This document shows positions 60,087 through 64,000 of a DNA stretch of 64,000 nucleotides, one piece after another. The notes beneath the pieces are model-generated. The model ran no database searches and was not told where the DNA came from. It saw only the letters and a program-made list of their open reading frames with translations. The DNA is taken from NCBI GenBank assembly GCA_030390025.1, contig CM059433.1, positions 21,020,001-21,084,000 on the forward strand. The letters run 5' to 3'. Each line of letters opens with the position of its first letter. Within the stretch, counting starts at the first letter, position 1. The position numbers were made by a program, and so were the translations under genes. The DNA comes from Squalus acanthias. Its lineage: Eukaryota.

Positions 60087-60591
60087 CATAAGAACATAAG
60101 AAATAGGAGCAGGAGTAGGCCATTCGGCCCCTCGAGCCCGCTCCACCATTCAATAAGATCATGGCTGATCTTCTACCTCAACTCCACTTTCCTGCCCTAT
60201 CCCCATATCCCTTGATTCCCTTAATATCCCAAAAATCTATCGATCTCTGTCTTGAATATACTCATGATGCGGAGATGCCGGCGTTGGACTGGGGTGGACA
60301 AAAATGAATATACTCAACAACTGAGCCTCCACAGCCCTGTGGGGTGGAGAATTTCAAAGATTCACCACCCTCCGAGTGAAGAAATTTCTCCTCATCTCAG
60401 CCCTAAATGGCCGACCCCTTATTCTGAGACTGTGACCCCTGGTTCTAGACTCCCCAGCCAGGGGAAACATCCTCCCTGCATCTACCATGTCAAGCCCTGT
60501 AAGAATTTTGTATGTTTCAATGAGATCACATCTCATTCTTCTAAACTCTAGAGGGTATAGGCCTAGTCTACTCAAATATCGGCCTAGTCTA
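60087..60591 (-). mobile_element. CR1 3' portion (younger), containing the PLE solo tail
   Basis: LSRLGLYPLEFRRMRCDLIETYKIL, with a (CATAAGAA)n tail. Confidence 0.9.
60265..60304 (-). mobile_element. Second PLE family: solo tail insertion
   Basis: TGATGCGGAGATGCCGGCGTTGGACTGGGGTGGACAAAAA is the reverse complement of about 1112-1151 with one mismatch. TSD TGAATATACTCA at 60253-60264 and 60305-60316. Lies inside a CR1 3' region. Confidence 0.88.
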
Positions 60592-61238
60592 CTCAAACTA
60601 TATAGTTCTCTAGTCAGACCATACCTTGAATACTGTGCCCAGCTCTGGTCAACAAAAAACAAGAGTGGCATTGAAGCACTGGAGGCAGTGTCGGGAAGAG
60701 CCAGGAGGCTAATCCCACTTCAGGTATATGAGTTATGACAAAAGACTGGAACAATGGGATTTTGCTCCAAAGGAGGATTCTGAGAGGTGATCTTAAAGAG
60801 GTATACAAGATTGTTAATGATACAGAAAAAATTAACCCATAATATTTAAATTAGGATGTGAATGTAGGACTGGTGGACACAAGTTCAAACTAGAATAGGG
60901 TACTTTTAGGACAGATATAAGGAAATTCTTCTTCAGTGAAAGGGTAAAGAAGATGTGGAATAAACTTCCAGAAAGAGTAGCGAGTGGAGATAATAACTCT
61001 GAAATCATTTAAGAAACAATTGGACACAACAGTTGTGGGAGGGGGTGGTTAGGATCTTTCTGGATGGATGAATAAATGGGCTGAATGGCCTTTCTCAGGC
61101 AGTAGCATCTTGTGATGTTGTGAACTATGCCACAGAGCAATGGATCTTCACACAGACTTCCCAGAGACACATCTAGCTGAAGGCATTTAAAAAAAAAATA
61201 GATTTACCTCAACTATCTGAAATCCTATCAAATTCAAT

Positions 61239-61699
61239 GTTAGCCATGGTTCAGTGGTAGCACTCTCGCCTCTGCATCCGAAGGTTCTGAGTTCAAGTCC
61301 CACTTCAGAAATTTGAGCACATAATCTAAGCTAACACTTCAGTGCAGCACTGAAGGAGTGCTACAGTGTCAGAGGTGCCATCTTTCAGATGAGATTTTAA
61401 ACCGAGGCTCTGTCTGCCCTCTCAGGTGGATGTAAAAGATCCCATGGTGCTATTTCGAAGAAGAGCAGGGGAGTTCTTCCCTGTCTCCTGGCCAATATTT
61501 ATCCCACAAACTAATATCACTTAAACAGATGGTCTTATCACATTGCTGTCTGTGGGACTTTGCTGTGTGCAAATTGGCTGCCACGTTTCCAACATTACAA
61601 CAGTGACTACACTTCAAAAGAGGACTTAATTAGCGATAAAATGCTTTGGGACGTCCTGAGGTCATGAAAAGCACTATATCAATGCAAGTCTTTATTTTT
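61239..61699 (+). mobile_element. Full-length Deu-domain SINE
   Basis: A/B boxes, Deu domain and L2 tail. Confidence 0.87.
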
Positions 61700-61958
61700 G
61701 AAGACTGAAATCTCCCTCTGGGCTGTACAGAGATGCTGTGGAGAGTGATACAAGTTGTGAAAGCAGTACTCTGATGTTCAGGGTTTATTTGTTTTACTGT
61801 TTAAAAAAAATAGTCGCTTAATTCCAAGTACTGCAATACTTTGCAAGTAAAATGCTCCTTTTGCAGCAGCAGTACAAGTGGTGATGCTGGGGAGCGGTTT
61901 GATAGAGGAACTTATTGTCCTATGCTGCTGTAGAGTTATTATTATTAATTTGTGTCCA

Positions 61959-62500
61959 TGTTTAGGGAAATCGCCCTATTGCTAGTTCTAACCTTGAGCG
62001 GAGACAACAACCACAGAAACTGGTACTAGGATTACTAAACGCTTCACTCGATTGCCGAACAACAATAAGAAGCAACTCTAAATAATTCTCACAACTGAGG
62101 AGCACGGTTCAGAACACGGATTGACCAGACCGCTGTTCTGGGGAGGGCCAGGAGTGTCTACCGAAGCGAATCTTCCTTGTTTTCTTCATGTTGCCTCTCC
62201 TTTTTATACAATTTTTGAGGCTTAGTCTGATGGTTGTCGACTCGCATAAAACTGCCACCGTTATTTTTTGGTGCAGTGTCCAAAGTCACGACCTTTCCTG
62301 TTCTATGTCTGTTTTCCTTAGCAGTAGACAAGTCTGTGGTTTGCTGCTGTCGCAGTGTCCAAAGTCACAACCTTTACCTTTTCTGTTTGCTGTTGTTTTT
62401 CTTAGCAGTAGACGAAAGTCTGTCATGTTGTTAACTTACAGCCTGGGTTTTCCATTAGCCAAAGAGTCAAAAATTCATGACAATTAAATGACCCAAAACA
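61959..62500 (-). mobile_element. Probable solo LTR
   Basis: TGTTTAGGG...CCCAAAACA inverted ends, TATAAAAA on the minus strand near 62201-62208, and two tandem units of about 79 bp (62273-62422). The TSD matches only 3/5. Confidence 0.5.
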
Positions 62501-62759
62501 ATCCTATACCCTGCACTGCGAAAGTATCTCCATTACGGTAATGCGATGTTACAACACATGGAAGTTTCGAAACAATGCGGCAAAGAATGGTGGTTCAAGC
62601 TTGTGGTTTGCTCTTCAGTTGCACCATCAGGGATTTGTTTCCCTCTCCGTGGAATACAGTGGATCAAGAGTTGAATTTAGTTTAGACTTCCTAATTATCT
62701 CGGCATTGGAAACTAGTCAAGATAATAGATTGGCCTTGTATTGCAATATGCTTTACAAT

Positions 62760-63520
62760 GGGCCGGATATTCTGATCCCGACGGGTGTGTACTCGCTGTG
62801 TACTCACCCGTAGGGACATCGGAAATGCCGGTTTCAGGCATGCACAGCGCATGCGCTGGAAACCGGCATTTCCGATCTGTCAAGAAAGCTCTTGACAGAT
62901 CCTCTGGCTGTCCTGGAGAAGGGCCTCTACGGGCAGATAGTTCCGTTTTTTGGAGACCCTCCGCCCGCAGAAAACCCTTACAATTCTTGCGCCTGGTAAA
63001 AGCAGGCGTAAGGCCTGCTTTTACCAGGGTAAGAGTTGAAAAAAGTAAAAAAACAAACTTTTTTTCACTGATTTATCATTTAAAAATACTTTTTAAAAAA
63101 GGTAAGTTTATTTTTAGCCCCGTAAAAAACTTTAATTATTTTTTTCAAAAATTTAAACTTTTGTTTAAAATAGTTAATTTATTGTAATTTCAAGTCATTT
63201 TAAAAATGTGATTTTTTTTAAAATGTGTTTAAAGTTTTACTATGTTTTGGGGGTGATCTCCATTCATATATTTGACAGGTCTTCCTGTCAAATGTATGAA
63301 GGGAGATTCCCTTCTGTGATTGGCTCCCCATGGCCCACGTGATCCCAGGGACGCTGCGAACTACCTGTGCCTCTGGGATACCTGGGCCCTGCGCACTTGG
63401 AGTTTGGAGAGGCCCAGCATTGGAAGTGTGTGCGTCCCGGGAGCCCTCAGGTAAAGGTGCAGATTTTACCAGATCACAGTCCTCCGCCCATGGGAGGACT
63501 GCGATCGGAATATCTGGGCC
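62760..63520. mobile_element. Harbinger-type non-autonomous element (family H4) with four internal hairpins
   Basis: TIRs GGGCCGGATATTCTGATC / GATCGGAATATCTGGGCC (15/18) with TSD AAT. Confidence 0.85.
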
Positions 63521-64000
63521 AATTGCGTTCCTGATTACTGTGGAGTATCAATGCGTTGATTCCAAACCTTGTGCTAAAGCAACCAATATTGTATTCACCG
63601 CAAATTATCCCATTTTCTTTGCTCTGTGTCCTCTTCCCCAAACATTTACAAATAAGACCTTTAGCTGTCCCTGTCATTTGCCATCACAAATAGATGTAAA
63701 TCCTGAATAATTTAACGTAAAATGAATTTTGAAATGCTTCTCACATTAACATAATTTTTAACATCCCTAAGAAGAGAAAAATGTTCAGATAAGAGCTCTG
63801 AAATGTCAGTAAATTCTTAAACAAGGTCAAAAAGTGCAGAATTACGGTACGCTTTTGTTGCTGAAGGCTTGAGAGAAAAGCTTCTCCTTATCAAATCAGT
63901 CTCTCCAGGGAGCTGACATAGCTTCTCAGGCTATTGCAGTTCAGAATATTGTAAGAGTTTTTGATGTTTTCGGAAGACTTTTTAAGGGACATGGGAATAG

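Larger units (their letters stand above)
59975..61125 (+). mobile_element. Old CR1 interrupted by a younger antisense CR1
   Basis: NQCRPVFNKANRMLNYIA (59998-60055) continues as LKLYSSLVRPYLEYCAQLWS (from about 60592) to a decayed 3' UTR. Confidence 0.8.

Noticed and set aside
1..64000. CRISPR array, rRNA or prokaryotic operon
   Set aside because: No regularly spaced repeats, no rRNA motifs and low coding density; the content is vertebrate transposable elements.

Overview
Repeat-rich vertebrate genomic DNA, most likely from a cartilaginous fish (inferred from the CR1 and L2 LINEs, Deu-domain SINEs and Penelope-like families). No host protein-coding gene could be identified with confidence. 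The largest feature is a very young partial-tandem Neptune-type Penelope-like retroelement (PLE, 46182-51483). It has an intact RT + GIY-YIG ORF, two minimal hammerhead ribozymes and a target-site duplication (TSD). A second PLE family appears in three forms: a truncated copy with an inverted pseudo-LTR (526-1154), a pure 66-bp palindrome plus tail (38894-39072) and a solo 40-bp tail (60265-60304), each with its own TSD. Many PIF/Harbinger-type non-autonomous elements have TIRs and 3-bp TSDs, and some retain transposase or Myb/SANT remnants. One of these families carries three conserved splice donors, an acceptor and conserved hairpins, and one copy has captured neighbouring DNA. Two probable solo LTRs, a hAT-like MITE and several nested insertions are also present. 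Family names come from motif recognition, not database searches.
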